From Camelus dromedarius (taxonomy: Eukaryota), in contig NC_087437.1 of the NCBI RefSeq assembly GCF_036321535.1, positions 55,616,001 to 55,680,000 of the forward strand: 64,000 nucleotides of DNA. The letters run 5' to 3'. Below, piece by piece: positions 12,831 to 24,842 of the stretch. Position 1 is the stretch's first letter, and each line of letters begins with the position of its first letter. The notes under the pieces are model-generated. The model was not told the DNA's origin. It saw only the letters and a program-made list of their open reading frames with translations, and ran no database searches. A program made the translations under genes and the position numbers.

Positions 12831-12989
12831 GCTAGCCCGAAGTCCCAAGCTCCCTGCCAGGGTCATGTGAGAGACTGATAAGGTGTAGGGAGCGTTGCCT
12901 ACAGCTAACACTTGACTACGTCAGAGTCTGAGTTTGTGCAAGCCAAATCGCACCTCCTGACGCTGTGGACACGTGCAAGTGAGGAAGTG

Positions 12990-13190
12990 GGGAGTAAAGA
13001 GCAAAGAACCCTGAACCTTTAATCAGTGGCTTAGGTTCGAGGCCCCTCTCCACCTGCACGCCATCCGGTTACTGCTTCCTCTGCCTGGGATTTCCCACTT
13101 TATAAAATGGGAATAAAAATGCCTGGTTCAGTTGTCTCATAGGACTCTTAGGAGATGATGACTATAGAAACACTTTAGAAATCATATAAT
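12990..13190 (+). mobile_element. MIR SINE
   Basis: tttcccactttataaaatgggaataaaaatgcctgg...ctcatagg core. Confidence 0.7.
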
Positions 13191-13637
13191 TTTATGTGGA
13201 TAAAACTTAGTATTATTCTAAATCATTCCTTTTCTCTCTATGATGTGGGATGTCTCCAAGGTGGATGCCAACTTGTACTCAGACAGCACCACAGTGTTGT
13301 GTGTTTTAGAAGTTCTTCTGCAGCCCTGTCTGCCGGCCAGCAAGCCCTTTCGTGGGGCGAAATATTTGTATCAAGTTGCTCAAATAAAAATAAACTGCAG
13401 CTGCAATTTTAAAGGTTGTTTTTGATTCTAGCTCCCGCATCCTAAAGCCTCTTAGAATTTCCCCCATACACATTCAAAAGCAGGTGGTCAGTGGGAAATT
13501 CCCATAAGTCCCCTGCACGGCTATTTTTAGCCTGCCTCCGATAGTGAGGTTCTGCTCTATCAATTTCTTTTCTGCTGTCTCTTCCTGTGTACCTTTTCCT
13601 TGCTCTCAAACATATGCAAAATCATAATGTATGCATT

Positions 13638-14120
13638 TGTGCCAAGTATCATCCTTTCCCCCCCATATCTGCTCTCCATCCACTCTTTGTCCCGGGAGCC
13701 TGACACCATGGAATATGTAAACATGTCTCTACCTTCCAGTTGAGTTCAGCCAGTAGGTAGCTCCAGTTGGAAGTCAGAAGTGGGGAGGAGAGTGAAGTGA
13801 GACTCTTTATTTCTCTAGTCCCCACTTCCTGTGAAATCTACACAGGCTGGCTGTGCCCCTTCATAGAAGGTCACCTCCTCTTTTGAAGGCAGCTGCTCTG
13901 CAGGGTTTTCTTTTTGTAGGTGAATTGCTCCCACCCTGTGACACTTTGGATCTTGGGATGGGCCCCTGCCACTGCTGCTGCTCTGTTTCTGCACTAACCT
14001 TTGTGTTTCCCCTAAACTCTGCCTACAGCTTTGTATCTATTCTTTTTGAGGATAAACCCACTTTGAATTATCCTATTTTGAGTGGGACATCCATGTCCTG
14101 TTGGGACCTTTACTGATACA
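13638..14120 (+). mobile_element. LTR33-like ERVL solo LTR
   Basis: Starts tgtgccaagtatc, ends tttgagtgggacatccatgtcctgttgggacctttactgataca; both resemble LTR33 termini. Confidence 0.8.
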
Positions 14121-15235
14121 CTAGCTCACCAAAACACTGGAGGGGACCAAAATTAGCCATGTCTCTGCCAATCCTTTGTCAAGGGACTTTCCTTAAGGCT
14201 TCAGTCTTCTCTACATAAAGTAAAATGAAAATTTTAGATTATGTTATCTCAAAGTTACATCCCCCAGCTGCCAGCTCTAGAGTTTACCATAGAGTAGAGT
14301 AAGAAATTATTGTACAGGTGTGAAATTTTACTATGATTATCATTAGCTAGAACTTGCATACCCATGTTCTCTTCAGTGTCATATCATCAACAGGGACTTG
14401 TGGCATCTGTGCAGGTGGAAAAGGAGCTTTCTGATGTTTGAAATCCGTTGACACTTATTAATGTATGTGAGTCCTGGTGGGTGGTGGTTTTGATCGTCGT
14501 TTGCATATTTGGAAATGGTGTGCACATTAAATTTAGAAATGTCTGATTGTTGGCCTATGTTGTCCAAATTTGAATGGTTTCAAAAAGGAAACATAGCTTT
14601 CTGTTCTTTTAGACAACATTCATCATCTTCCATCAATCAATCAGCTAGCTGTGTGTGACACTTACTGTCACTCACGCTGATGCCAGCTTCTCAGTTACCA
14701 TTGTTTTGACTCTTGGGAGGCAAAGAAAAGCACCCCGAGAAAAGGAAATGACAAGGACTGCTTGGCCATGGCAGCCTTTCATTTGGAGCCAGCAGCGACG
14801 CTGTCGGCTTCCTTCAAAGCAATGTTGCTATTTTGTCATGTTACAATTTTCAGTAAACCTCCCCTGAAGAATCTTAAATCAGAAAACTTGCTGTTTGCTG
14901 TCGTTGGCTAGAAAGGGTCTATTGAGCTGACAGGGTGACCTGTCAAGACTCATTTAAGAATAAAAAGCCTCTTTCATTTCAGCCTTTCCGAGTGAATTCA
15001 AACCTAGGTTTCTGTTGTTATTTCCCCTGTTCTATCAAAGCATTTTTATCGCTTTCTTTGAAAAAAACATAAAGCATAAGAGTTCTAAAACTAGTAATAT
15101 TTGTTTACATGACATCTCGCCAAGAGTTTATTTTTCATTATCTTATTTCATCCTCACCTATTAGCTTGTGAACTTTGGTGGTGATGACGTTTGGTAAACA
15201 GTGGCATCCTGACACAAATCCATGTTTTCCAAAAC

Positions 15236-15295
15236 GAGCAATGCTGCATTACACTGTGTCTAAACAAGAGCAATGCTGTGTTACACTGTTTCTAC
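15236..15295. repeat. Two-copy tandem duplication, period 32 bp
   Basis: gagcaatgctgcattacactgtgtcta at 15236 and gagcaatgctgtgttacactgtttcta at 15268. Confidence 0.85.
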
Positions 15296-16029
15296 CTGCA
15301 GATGTGTTTCTAGCCACTGAGCAGTGTGACAGGCTTGGAGCATAAGCTTTTGTTACTCCTCCCAGTAGCCCGGGACAGAAGGAGCCCACAAAACTGCCTG
15401 AATGAAACAGAAGACAGAAATGAGCAGACTCATCTGAAATGGAAAATGCGAGAATAACTCCTCACTCCTCTGGCAAGAAGTAAAGCTCCCCAAACGAAGA
15501 TGACAACTTCAAGTCCAATTCAAACTTCCATTCAATTCAATCATCATCTCTGCACCTCACTCACATGGAACCACCCTACATCCTTTCAATAACCAAAGCC
15601 TGTGAATTCTAGCTGCACTATGTCATCCCTAATCAGTTCCTTCTTTCCACATCGGCAGCATCTTCCATTATCTAAGCCTTTACGATCTCTCTCCTTGACT
15701 TTGCAGTTACGTCAACCTTAAATGGCACCTCTGTCCGTCTTCACATCACCATTAGGTTAGTCTTCCGGTTCTCATCATAGATGCTCACCGAAGATTTGCT
15801 GGAAGGAGAAGCTGATCTGATTGTTTGGAGAAGCTGATTACAGAACATGATTAAAGTAACAAAGAAATATTACAGGAGGGCTACAAGTTGCTCCAAGGCT
15901 AAATCTTTCTGGATAAGATCTAAGGAAGTGCTTCAAAGATTTTACATTGAAAATCTATTACAAAATTTTACATTGTAATAGGTTGTGTTAATGCAATGCT
16001 CTCACTCCATACTCAATATTTAAACTAAG

Positions 16030-16430
16030 GTACTTTCTCAGTCTGCTGGGACTCCTACAACAACATGCCACACACTGGGTGGTTTAAACAACAGGAATTT
16101 ATTTTCTTGCAGTTCTGGAGGCTAAAAGTCTGAGATTAGGGTGCCGCTGTGGTTGGGTTCTGGCAAGAGCTCTTTTCCTGGCTTGTAGATTGCTGCCTTC
16201 TTGCTGTGTCCTAAAATAACCTTTTCTTGGTGTGTGCCCATGGACAGAGAAAGATTGAATTTTCTGATGTCCATTTTTATAAGGGCACTAACCTCTTCAG
16301 GAGGTCCCCACCCTCATGACCTCATCTAACCCTAATTACCTCCCAAGGGCTCCATCTTCAAATCCCATCACATTGGGGATTAAGGCTTCAATCAATGAAT
16401 TTGGGGGACACGAACATTCAGTCCATCAAA
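16030..16430 (-). mobile_element. MLT1A-type MaLR solo LTR
   Basis: ctgggtggtttaaacaacaggaatttattttcttgcagttctggaggc...ggggacacgaacattcagtccat. Confidence 0.88.
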
Positions 16431-16859
16431 GATGCTTCTTTTTAGAAGAGAGAGGATTTTAATTTAAAAGTTTCTAGTGTCAAAACCTCATTGCTATTGT
16501 GACAGCCTTGCCATCAGTCCTTCCAAACTACACTCAGGGTGCCCCTCATCCCTGTGCCCACTACTGCTTTCAAGGAGGGGAGGGAGATTTGTAAGGTGAC
16601 ACTTGAAGGACTGACAGCAAAGGATGGGGTCGCAAGCTCTTTCCCTAGGATGACGGAGAACAGCAAAGTCATGACTCTGCTGTTTCTGGTGGCTACTCTC
16701 CAGCCTTTATTTCAGCGTACTTTCTCAGGGTTAACTGTTCTTCATTATCTGACACTAAAGGCCTTCTCCCTGAGTAGGAGGAGAACTGGCATTATTCAAT
16801 ATGTTGTCTGTCAACTAAAACCTGGCTTTGAGGCAATGCAATTAAAACTCATAGAACTC

Positions 16860-17490
16860 AAGTTGAAGGTGATTTGAAGCTGGGCTCTGTCACTTACCAG
16901 CTCTGTGGCACGGGGCAATTCACTTTTTTCCCTGGAAATTATTTCCCTACTTGTGAAATAATCACAATGATATCTGCCTTACCTACACATCTGCAAGTTT
17001 GTGAGGATGAAAATTAAGCAATATACATTTGTTGACCTGAAACAAGTAGACTGCCAGTTATTTCTCCAGCAAAAATGGGTTTGTTTGGGACCAATAAAGA
17101 TTTGCAATTCAAAGTTTGCAACCATGGCCAACCAGGTGCAAATCCCCAGCAAAAATGGAGAGGGCAACAGTTTTAAAAGGGGGAAAAGGAACTTGGGGCT
17201 ATAGTAAACAGAGTCCACTGGAGAAACTGAGAGTTTGACGTATAGTGGCTTCTCATTGGCTGAGTTGTTACAGTATCTCTCTCATTGGCTGAGGCCTTGC
17301 CAGGCAAGAAGAGGAAGTCTTTCTTCTTCCTGTTGGGCTCTGCTATCATCACAGGGCAGGAGAGCTCCCCCTTCGGTCTTCCTGACTCCATTTTAATTGA
17401 GGTTTCTCCTCATTTATTGATTTTCACACATTAAAGTGACATAAATTAAAAAGTGAAGTACAAATGTTAGTTGTGACTATTACTATTTAA
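16860..17490 (+). mobile_element. MIR SINE split by an LTR insertion
   Basis: ctctgtcacttaccagctctgtggc...gtgaggatgaaa before 17030; MIR tail tacaaatgttagttgtgactattactatt after 17432. Confidence 0.7.
17030..17428 (-). mobile_element. ERV1-type solo LTR with a 4-bp TSD (CATT)
   Basis: TG...CA termini (tgttgacc...ttttcaca); catt at 17026-17029 and 17429-17432. Confidence 0.85.
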
Positions 17491-17974
17491 AAAAAAAGAG
17501 AGAGAGAGAAGAGAGAACAGGTGTTTATTTCAAAATAATATGTAGTCCCATCTCAGTGAGAAGTAGAAAGTGAAAACTAAAAACTCTCTTTGAGCAGCAG
17601 TATGCAATCTGGGGTTCAATTAACCCTAGGGGCACAGAAAGCAATATAAGGGACACAGAGAATGAAGAATTTTTAGCAAGTCAATTTCTAGATCCTCAAC
17701 ATTCACAATTCCTCTTTCTCCATAGGAAAAGTCCAGGAGTTGAGAACACCAGGCAGTTATCCTGTGACTCTGGCCCTTTCACTCTGACCTTTCTCTTACT
17801 AACAACAACAAGAGATAACTCTCCCCCATCTATCTATGGTGCATTACCCCAAGGTGTAAGGATCCCCGGGGATCCTAAAACAAAGGAATCTTTTAAAATA
17901 TTGACATTGACAAGCCTACTTTAATCAATTACTTTGATTGATTTTTAATAATAATTGTTATGATAAATAGGTCA

Positions 17975-18195
17975 ACTGAAGGCATAAACCTCCAGTAATA
18001 TGATAAAGTCATGAGGATGCAATACATGGCATAAATATGGTCAGCAATATTGGAATAACTTTGTACGGGGACAAGCGGTTACTAGACTTATCGTTGTGAT
18101 CATCTCATAATGCATACAAATGTCAAATGATTTTGTAGGACACCTGAAATAATATAGTATGTCAACTAAATTGCAATTAAAAATAAAAAAAAAAA
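17975..18195 (+). mobile_element. L1MA-type 3' end with poly(A)
   Basis: aacctccagtaatatgataaagtcatgaggatg...acacctgaaataatatagtatgtcaac followed by an A tail. Confidence 0.8.
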
Positions 18196-18719
18196 TGACA
18201 CGTACACAAAATAAAAAGCAAGTGTTTCAACAATCCTTTAATTCTTATGATATTGTTGAAAGCTGGTTTAAAGTACCAGTGTTTACACATTTAGCTTCTT
18301 GGATTAAGTTAACTGTCTTCAATCATTTTCTAATTGTCCCTTTCAATCATGACAATGCAGTAATTACTGCCTCAAGCATTTATTCAGAGTCCTGACCATA
18401 CCCCAAGGCATGTGCTAATGTAATAATCTGCTAACAGGATAAATGAGAGGCTACCGTGGAGGGTGAGAAAGCTGACTGGGCCTGGAAGAGTGGGGAGAAG
18501 GCTAAACCTCCTGAAACACAATGTTTCATAATCTTATCCATCATTCTTGGGCCATTCTCTTAGGAAGAATTGTAACTCTTTCACTGTACTGCCTTCACTG
18601 ATGGCCTCTGCATATTATCCCACAACTTCCAGAACTTCTGCAACAATCCCAGTGATTAAATTAAAAACTGCTCTCTGCTAAGCACATTTGCATTGCCTTC
18701 ATTTCCATCAGACACAATT

Positions 18720-19175
18720 ACCACTACTACCGTCAACTCTATCACATTATTGATCTGTTATACTATGTCCTAGACATTGTACCTAAGTGTTAGATGTAGC
18801 AACTATATTGACCTTCACAACAATCCTCTGGATTGTGTACCTTCATCATGTCTATCTCACAGAGAAGGAATCTGAGGCTGAATAGTTAGATAACTGGCCC
18901 GTCTTCACACAGACTAAAGCATGAAGGCTGGAATGTATGCCAGGCAAGCTGACTTGTATGCTCACTTAACATGTGATAGAAAACACGTGAATTAATTTAT
19001 GGTCATTATTTAATTTCAGTCTTACACCATTCTAGAATGTAGGTTCTATCATTATACCCATTTTACAGATAAGGAAATGAAGTCAAGTCAAGATCAGATC
19101 ATTTGTATTTGGCAAAGATGGGGCTCAAGTCTAGGTCCATCTGATTCCTAGCCCTTGCTCTTTGCTACTACACTT
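18720..19175 (-). mobile_element. Two MIR SINEs
   Basis: ccttcacaacaatcctctgg...ggaatctgaggctg and ccccattttacagataaggaaatgaag. Confidence 0.75.
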
Positions 19176-19431
19176 CCTCTATATGTTTGCAGAGTCTCAT
19201 GTCCAGGTGTTTCTCATTAACTTAGAGAAACGAAGATTGATAGGTGGCCATTAATAGTGTTAACTGTAGTAAAGATGCATATAGACTATGTTGGATTTTT
19301 CCACGGCTACAGCTGAATTTCCAGTTTGGTATTTTTCAGGCTCTGACTCTCCTAACATTTCATCAGGAGCCTCTCCCTGGCAAAACCTGACTTTTCCTTG
19401 ATTTCTGTATGCCAGATTTTACCACACTTCC

Positions 19432-19485
19432 TTTTTTTCCCCTTTTTTTTGGGGGGGGGGCTGGTAATTAGGTTTGTTTGTTTGT

Positions 19486-19546
<61 letters not shown>

Positions 19547-19623
19547 ATGGAGGGACTGGGGATTGAACCTAGGACCTTGTGCTTGCTAGGCATGCACTCT
19601 ATCACTGAGCTATACTCTCCCCC
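19432..19623 (-). mobile_element. Vic-1-type camelid SINE with an expanded (TTTA)n internal tract
   Basis: Reverse complement GGGGAGAGTATAGCTCAGTGATAGAGTGCATGCCTAGCAAGCACAAGGTCCTAGGTTCAATCCCCAGTCCCTCC; same architecture as the copy at 7219. Confidence 0.92.
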
Positions 19624-20191
19624 TTTTTTTTAAAAAAAATTTGTTTTCTATCACACTTTCTAAAGACTTTTTTTTTTTTTTTTTTTTCTGGAAGAAAACT
19701 GACTAACTAAGAACTGTTCTCTTTCCAGTCTCAGCTACCAAGTTTCCCCTTTTCTTCCTCCATGCTGGGTATAGGTCACATAGGAACTCTGTCCTTCCGC
19801 GACATGACACGTGCTTCCAACCTCAGTACCACTATGCATACACACTTCAGAGACCTTCTGCCCTCTTCTCCATGGTTAAAATCTTATCATTCATGAACCA
19901 TTTCAGGACTTTTGCCTGGTAATACTCCCTTCCTACTCAGGAGCTCTGTAACACCTTTAAACAAATCCCTCTCATGGCACTTATCCAAACCTATCTTGAC
20001 TCATTTCATAGAATCCTATTCTAGACTATGAGTCTCTCAAAAAGAGGATTATATGATACAGTTAACTATTCAGGCAAAAATGGAATAAACCTGCCTATTA
20101 AAGGATTCAGGGACATTTGATGATAGTTTATTAAGCCTCTGATGAGGAAGTAATTCTAGAGCTTTCTGAACAAGATTAGTACTTTTCTGAT

Positions 20192-20512
20192 TATATTAGT
20201 TTGCTAGAGCTGCCGTAATAAAGTGTCAGACTGAGTGGCTTAGGAGATTAGAAGTCCAAGGTAAAGGTGTCAGCAGGGTTGGCTTCATTCAGAGGCTCCT
20301 CTCTTTGGTTTGTCAGTGGCCATCTTTTCCCTCTGTCTTTGAATAGCCTTCCATCTGTGAGTTTCTAGGTCCTAATTTCCTCTTCCTGTACAGACACTAA
20401 TCAGATCAGAGCCCACACATATGGCCTCATTTTACCTTGCACCCCATTTAAAGTCCCTATCTCCAGATACAGGCACTTTCTGAGGTACTGGGTGTTTGGA
20501 CGTCAACATCAA
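20192..20512 (-). mobile_element. MLT1B-like MaLR LTR
   Basis: tatattagtttgctagagctgccgtaataaag...agaagtccaaggtaaaggtgtcagcagggttgg...ctgaggtactggg. Confidence 0.8.
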
Positions 20513-21315
20513 ATATCTCCCCATGAGTTCTGGAGACCTGCAAGGCAGCCCGGAACACTGATGGACTGAAGTGCTCATCTCTGTATCATAACTTTGCTGT
20601 AGTCCGATCTTTTGGCAAAATGACTGTGTCAGGGTTCCTCCAGGTATTTCAACTTCTTTTTTGTTAAGGCAACTAAATCCTTCTAATAAACTTTCTTTGT
20701 TGGAAATATATATAGTTCCCAATTTTCCACCAATGCCTCCCATTCACAGAACCTAGATAGTGATCAGCTGGCAAGGCAGTAGGGAAAATGTCGGCTTCCA
20801 ACCCTCACATTATGGGAGGGGCAGGGAAGGAGCAGAGACAATAACTTGCACATTTATTCTTCCCTAACAAAAGAAATAAATTCCATGATTGAAGTGATTT
20901 TGACAGGTTTTTTTTTCCCTATTATTTTCCTAGTTTTAGAACCAAATCTGACAATTAATACTCATTCAACAAATTTTTGTTTAATAAGTGCTTTTTATAT
21001 GAGGAAATGTATTCATCGGTCACCTGAGTAACAAGTCAAGGAGACCGAATCCCACCTTAGGCCTAGCTGATATAAAAGTGTACACATTTTCATTTGCATA
21101 GGAGAACTACTGTGCTAACATTCTACTGCTGATAAGGCAGAGGAGTAGAAAGGTAGAATGAAAACAGCTCTTGGATGAGAGTTAAGAAACCTAATTTCTA
21201 GATGGCACTCTGTATTTCTTGACCATATAACCTCACTTCACCTTTCTGGGTCTTAATCACTGAGTCAAGTTTTTACTAACTGCTTTCCTTGTGTCATAGT
21301 ACATAGATATGGTAA

Positions 21316-21646
21316 CATCACCCCAAAAGGTAAAGAGGAAAGACCCCAGTCCTTGTCTTACCTGAAAGACGAGATTACAGACAGGAGATGGAGTGTGTTG
21401 TGCAGCAAAAGATTTTAAAGGATTTATTTAGGAAAAGAAAAATACACCTCCAAGAACGAGAGGCGGCCTGATCCGAGGGAGGAAGAGCGGTGGTCCTTGT
21501 TTTGTTCTTTCTCTTATGCCCTCGCTTAGGGGTGGTCTTTTTATTGATTGATGGCTCTTGCTCCTGGAATGCCTAGTCATGTTTGTTTCCTTTGTGCATG
21601 TCCCTCCCTATCTGCCTGGTGCCCCCACTTACCCAACTACCTAACA
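21316..21646 (-). mobile_element. Short ERV1-type solo LTR with GTAA TSD
   Basis: Right end acccaactacctaaca (TGTTAGGTAG on the minus strand); antisense AATAAA at about 21423; gtaa at 21312-21315 and 21647-21650; left TG not intact. Confidence 0.7.
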
Positions 21647-21859
21647 GTAATAGATAGCATGCCGTCTTTTCCAATAATTCACCAGGTCCTGTTGATTAAA
21701 AATATATCCCAGATCTCTCAATGACACCCCATCTTTGCTGTCATGACCCTTGTCTAAGCTACCATCATCTTCCTTGGGTACCACAATATCTTCCTAGCTC
21801 ATCACTCTGCTTCTGACCTTAGCTCTTTCTAATAGGCTTCCACAGAGTGGTAGGAGATC

Positions 21860-22200
21860 TTTTTTTTTTTTTTTAATTGAAGTACAGTCAATTACAATGT
21901 GTCAATCTCTGGTATATAGCACAATGGTCCAGTCATGCATATTCATACATATATTCATTTTCCTATGATTGAAGTGTAATTGATAATATTCTAAGGTATT
22001 TAAAGTGTATAACATGATGATTTAATATAAGGTATACAGGATAAAAGAATTCTTCCCATTTAGGTAATTAACATACTCATCACCGTATATATTTAGTGAG
22101 AACAGGTAAGGTCACTCTTTCAACAAATTTCAATTATATGATACAGTGTTATCAATTATAGTCATTGTGTTATACATTAGCTCCTCAGTCCACCTAATCA
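21860..22200 (-). mobile_element. Young L1 3' tip (21860-21962) abutting an older L1MA-type 3' end
   Basis: poly(T) then aattgaagtacagtcaattacaatgtgtc; then attgaagtgtaattga...tatgatacagtgttatcaattatagtc. Confidence 0.8.
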
Positions 22201-22244
22201 TTCTTCCTTTCTCCATCTCTTCTTCTTTCACTTGGGGTTGATTA

Positions 22245-23705
22245 GAATTATGCAGGATATTCCTCCAAGTGAAAAAAAGAAAACTGCTGCCTCTTATCAC
22301 CCATACCGCACAGGAGGAAGCACAGCAGATGGCAGGCGTCTTTGGGTTCTGTAGGCAAGACATTGTGCACCTAGGAACACTACTCTGACCCATATGCTGT
22401 GTGACATGGAAGTCTGCCAGCCTTGAGTAGGGCCTAGAGCAGAGAGCAGATCCAGACCACGGTAGCCTCAGCTTTGCCACTTGGGCCAAATGATCCAGTA
22501 GGCTCTAGGCTGTTGGAAATGTCAGTGGCGGCAAAAGATACAGTATGGAGCTTAGGGTAAATTTAAGTTACAGAATTGCAGCACAAGCTCTTTGGATTCT
22601 GAAACCAGGCTATGTCACCAGCAATAATTATGGACCCTTTGAAAATTAGCTCTTGGTGCCTTACTGGACCCTGGTAGAGAATGTTTAACTATGACTCACC
22701 ACATTAGCATAAATCTGGAGCTATCCATCATGATCTGGGTTTTCAGATTCCCACCAAATAATAAAGTCAGATGGCCCAGCAATAGTCATTACAGATTGGA
22801 AGTGGTATATCTGGAATTGAGGCCGAGCAGGACAGGGGATATGACACATTTCATGAGTATATAGTCCAACCATTCCTGCCACTCCCCACAATTGTACCAG
22901 TGACCCTCCTCTGGCTTGCACTTATGATCATATGAGGGCTCCTAAATGAGGAGGAAAAAAACCCAAGCTTGATCATAGGTGGATCAGCTTGGTTTGGGGA
23001 TAAAACAGAAATAGATGATGCTGTATTACAACCACATTCAGGGGCAGCCCTGAAAGACAGTTGAGAAGGAAAATATTCCCACTGCATGGAGCTGAGCCTG
23101 CACCTGGGCATGTCTTTTCACGTGGAAGATGATGTGGCTCAGTGAGTGAAATACATGGATCCCTGGGTACTGGCTGATGGCCTGCTGTATGGTCAACAGT
23201 ACTGGACAGAAGAGACCTACAGCATGGACCTGGTGGGGAATGGGGATAGATATACAGGTGTGGCCACTAAGAGTGGACATGTGACATCACATGTTAAACA
23301 CCCACCAGACAGCCTAAAGAGGTACTAAACAACAAAGCAGACAAAATAATTTGGCCAATGGAAGTTAAGCAGCCTTTGTCACTGACCACGCCAGAATGGA
23401 CACAAAGTGCACGTGCATGGCAGAGATGAAGTTTACACATGGGCTCAACAAACACAGATGCCCACACACCAAGGCTGACTTAGCTACAGCTGCCTCTAAA
23501 TAGCCAATGTGTCAGCAAGAGACCAACACTAACCTCTGAATACAGCACTGTTCCTCCAGGAGACCAATTGGACATCGGTGGCAGGTTGACTACACTGGGC
23601 CCCTTCCACATTAGAAGGGCCAGCAGTTTGTCTTAGAAGGAAATGTATCTACTTCAGGCGTGGATTTGCGTTTCTGTATGTCAAACCTCAGCTGGCTCCA
23701 CTATG
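22245..23705 (+). mobile_element. ERVL-class internal remnant: pol (RT C-terminus, RNase H, integrase N-terminus), heavily disrupted
   Basis: Translates to EEAQQMAGVFGFCRQDIVHLGTLL*PI (ERVL: KEAQRLVGLFGFWRQHIPHLGVLLRPI), DWKWYI, and WQVDYTGPLP at about 23579. Confidence 0.9.
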
Positions 23706-23799
23706 TCTGACACCCCAGTGAAGTCACACACCCTCCATGGGGTGGGTCTCTCCTTTGCACACCCCCAGTCTCATTCAGTGTGTTGAAATTGTTTACTTG

Positions 23800-24010
23800 G
23801 ATGATCACTTACAGTTAATGATTGTTATTTGCATATACCTTATGTCATTTAATTCTCAAAAATGATCTCTAAGTGAAGACTCTATCCCTATATTAGAGCT
23901 GAGGAAACTGAGCTTTGAAGTGGCTGAACATTTTCCCAAGATCATTAGAAAGTGCGCAACAGTCATCTGAATTCCAGTAGTCTGACTCCAGAGTCCAGGT
24001 ACTTAAACAT
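23800..24010 (-). mobile_element. MIR SINE
   Basis: gctgaggaaactgagct...ttcccaagatca...tctgactccagagtcc. Confidence 0.8.
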
Positions 24011-24297
24011 TGTGGCAATTATCTCTACTGTGATTATTAATTTATACATTTTTGTACCATAGGAGGCTTTAAGCTCATTCTCTAGCACATGGGATTCCAA
24101 GCAGGTGTACTGAATTTATAAAGAGAGGGAAAAAGGACCCGGACTTGTGCAATAGCAATTGATTTTTGGGCTTTTGGGAGAGACTGAGTAGTTAAAGTGC
24201 CATGACTTGTAAATTTTAGCTTCTAACGTCACTGAAGAAACAAACAGCAGGTTTCACGGTATTGTGGTTACCCCTTATCCCATTTATTTATAATTTT

Positions 24298-24842
24298 GTG
24301 TTCCAGTGATCTATTGCCAAGTGACAAACTACCCCAAAGCTAAGTGACTTAAAACAACAATCATTTTATTATATCTCATGATTTTGTGGGTCAGGAATTC
24401 TGGAACGACTCAACTGAGCAAGATTTCTGCTCCACATGGAATTAACTGAAGTCATTTACTAGCATTTAATTGGCAAATGGGCAGTTCAGAGGCCCCTAGA
24501 CAGCTGTGTTCACATGTCTTAGGCCTTGGCAGTGATGGCTGGCAAGGTTAGTTAGAACTATTGACAATTGTACCTACATGTGGCCTTACCAGCCTGGTGA
24601 TTTCAGGGTAGCTGATCTTCCTCATGGCAACTCAGGTCTCCCAGAGGAAATATTCCAAGAGGCTTAGTTGCAAGACTTTTTATGACCTAATCTTGCAAGT
24701 CCCAGAATGTCACTTCTGCCAAATGCATTGGCCAGGCAAGTGACTGAGACCGAGACCAACTTAGGTTCAAGGCGGGAATAATTAGTTTCCTTCTTTCAGG
24801 GAGAGAAGTAGCAAGTGTTTGGGGGCTATTTTTAATCAACTA
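24298..24842 (-). mobile_element. MLT1H/G-like MaLR LTR
   Basis: acaaactaccccaaagctaagtgacttaaaacaacaatcattttattatatctcatgattttgtgggtcaggaattc. Confidence 0.82.

Noticed and set aside
14377..14466. 90-nt AG...GTGAGT-bounded candidate coding exon
   Set aside because: Stop codons in all three frames
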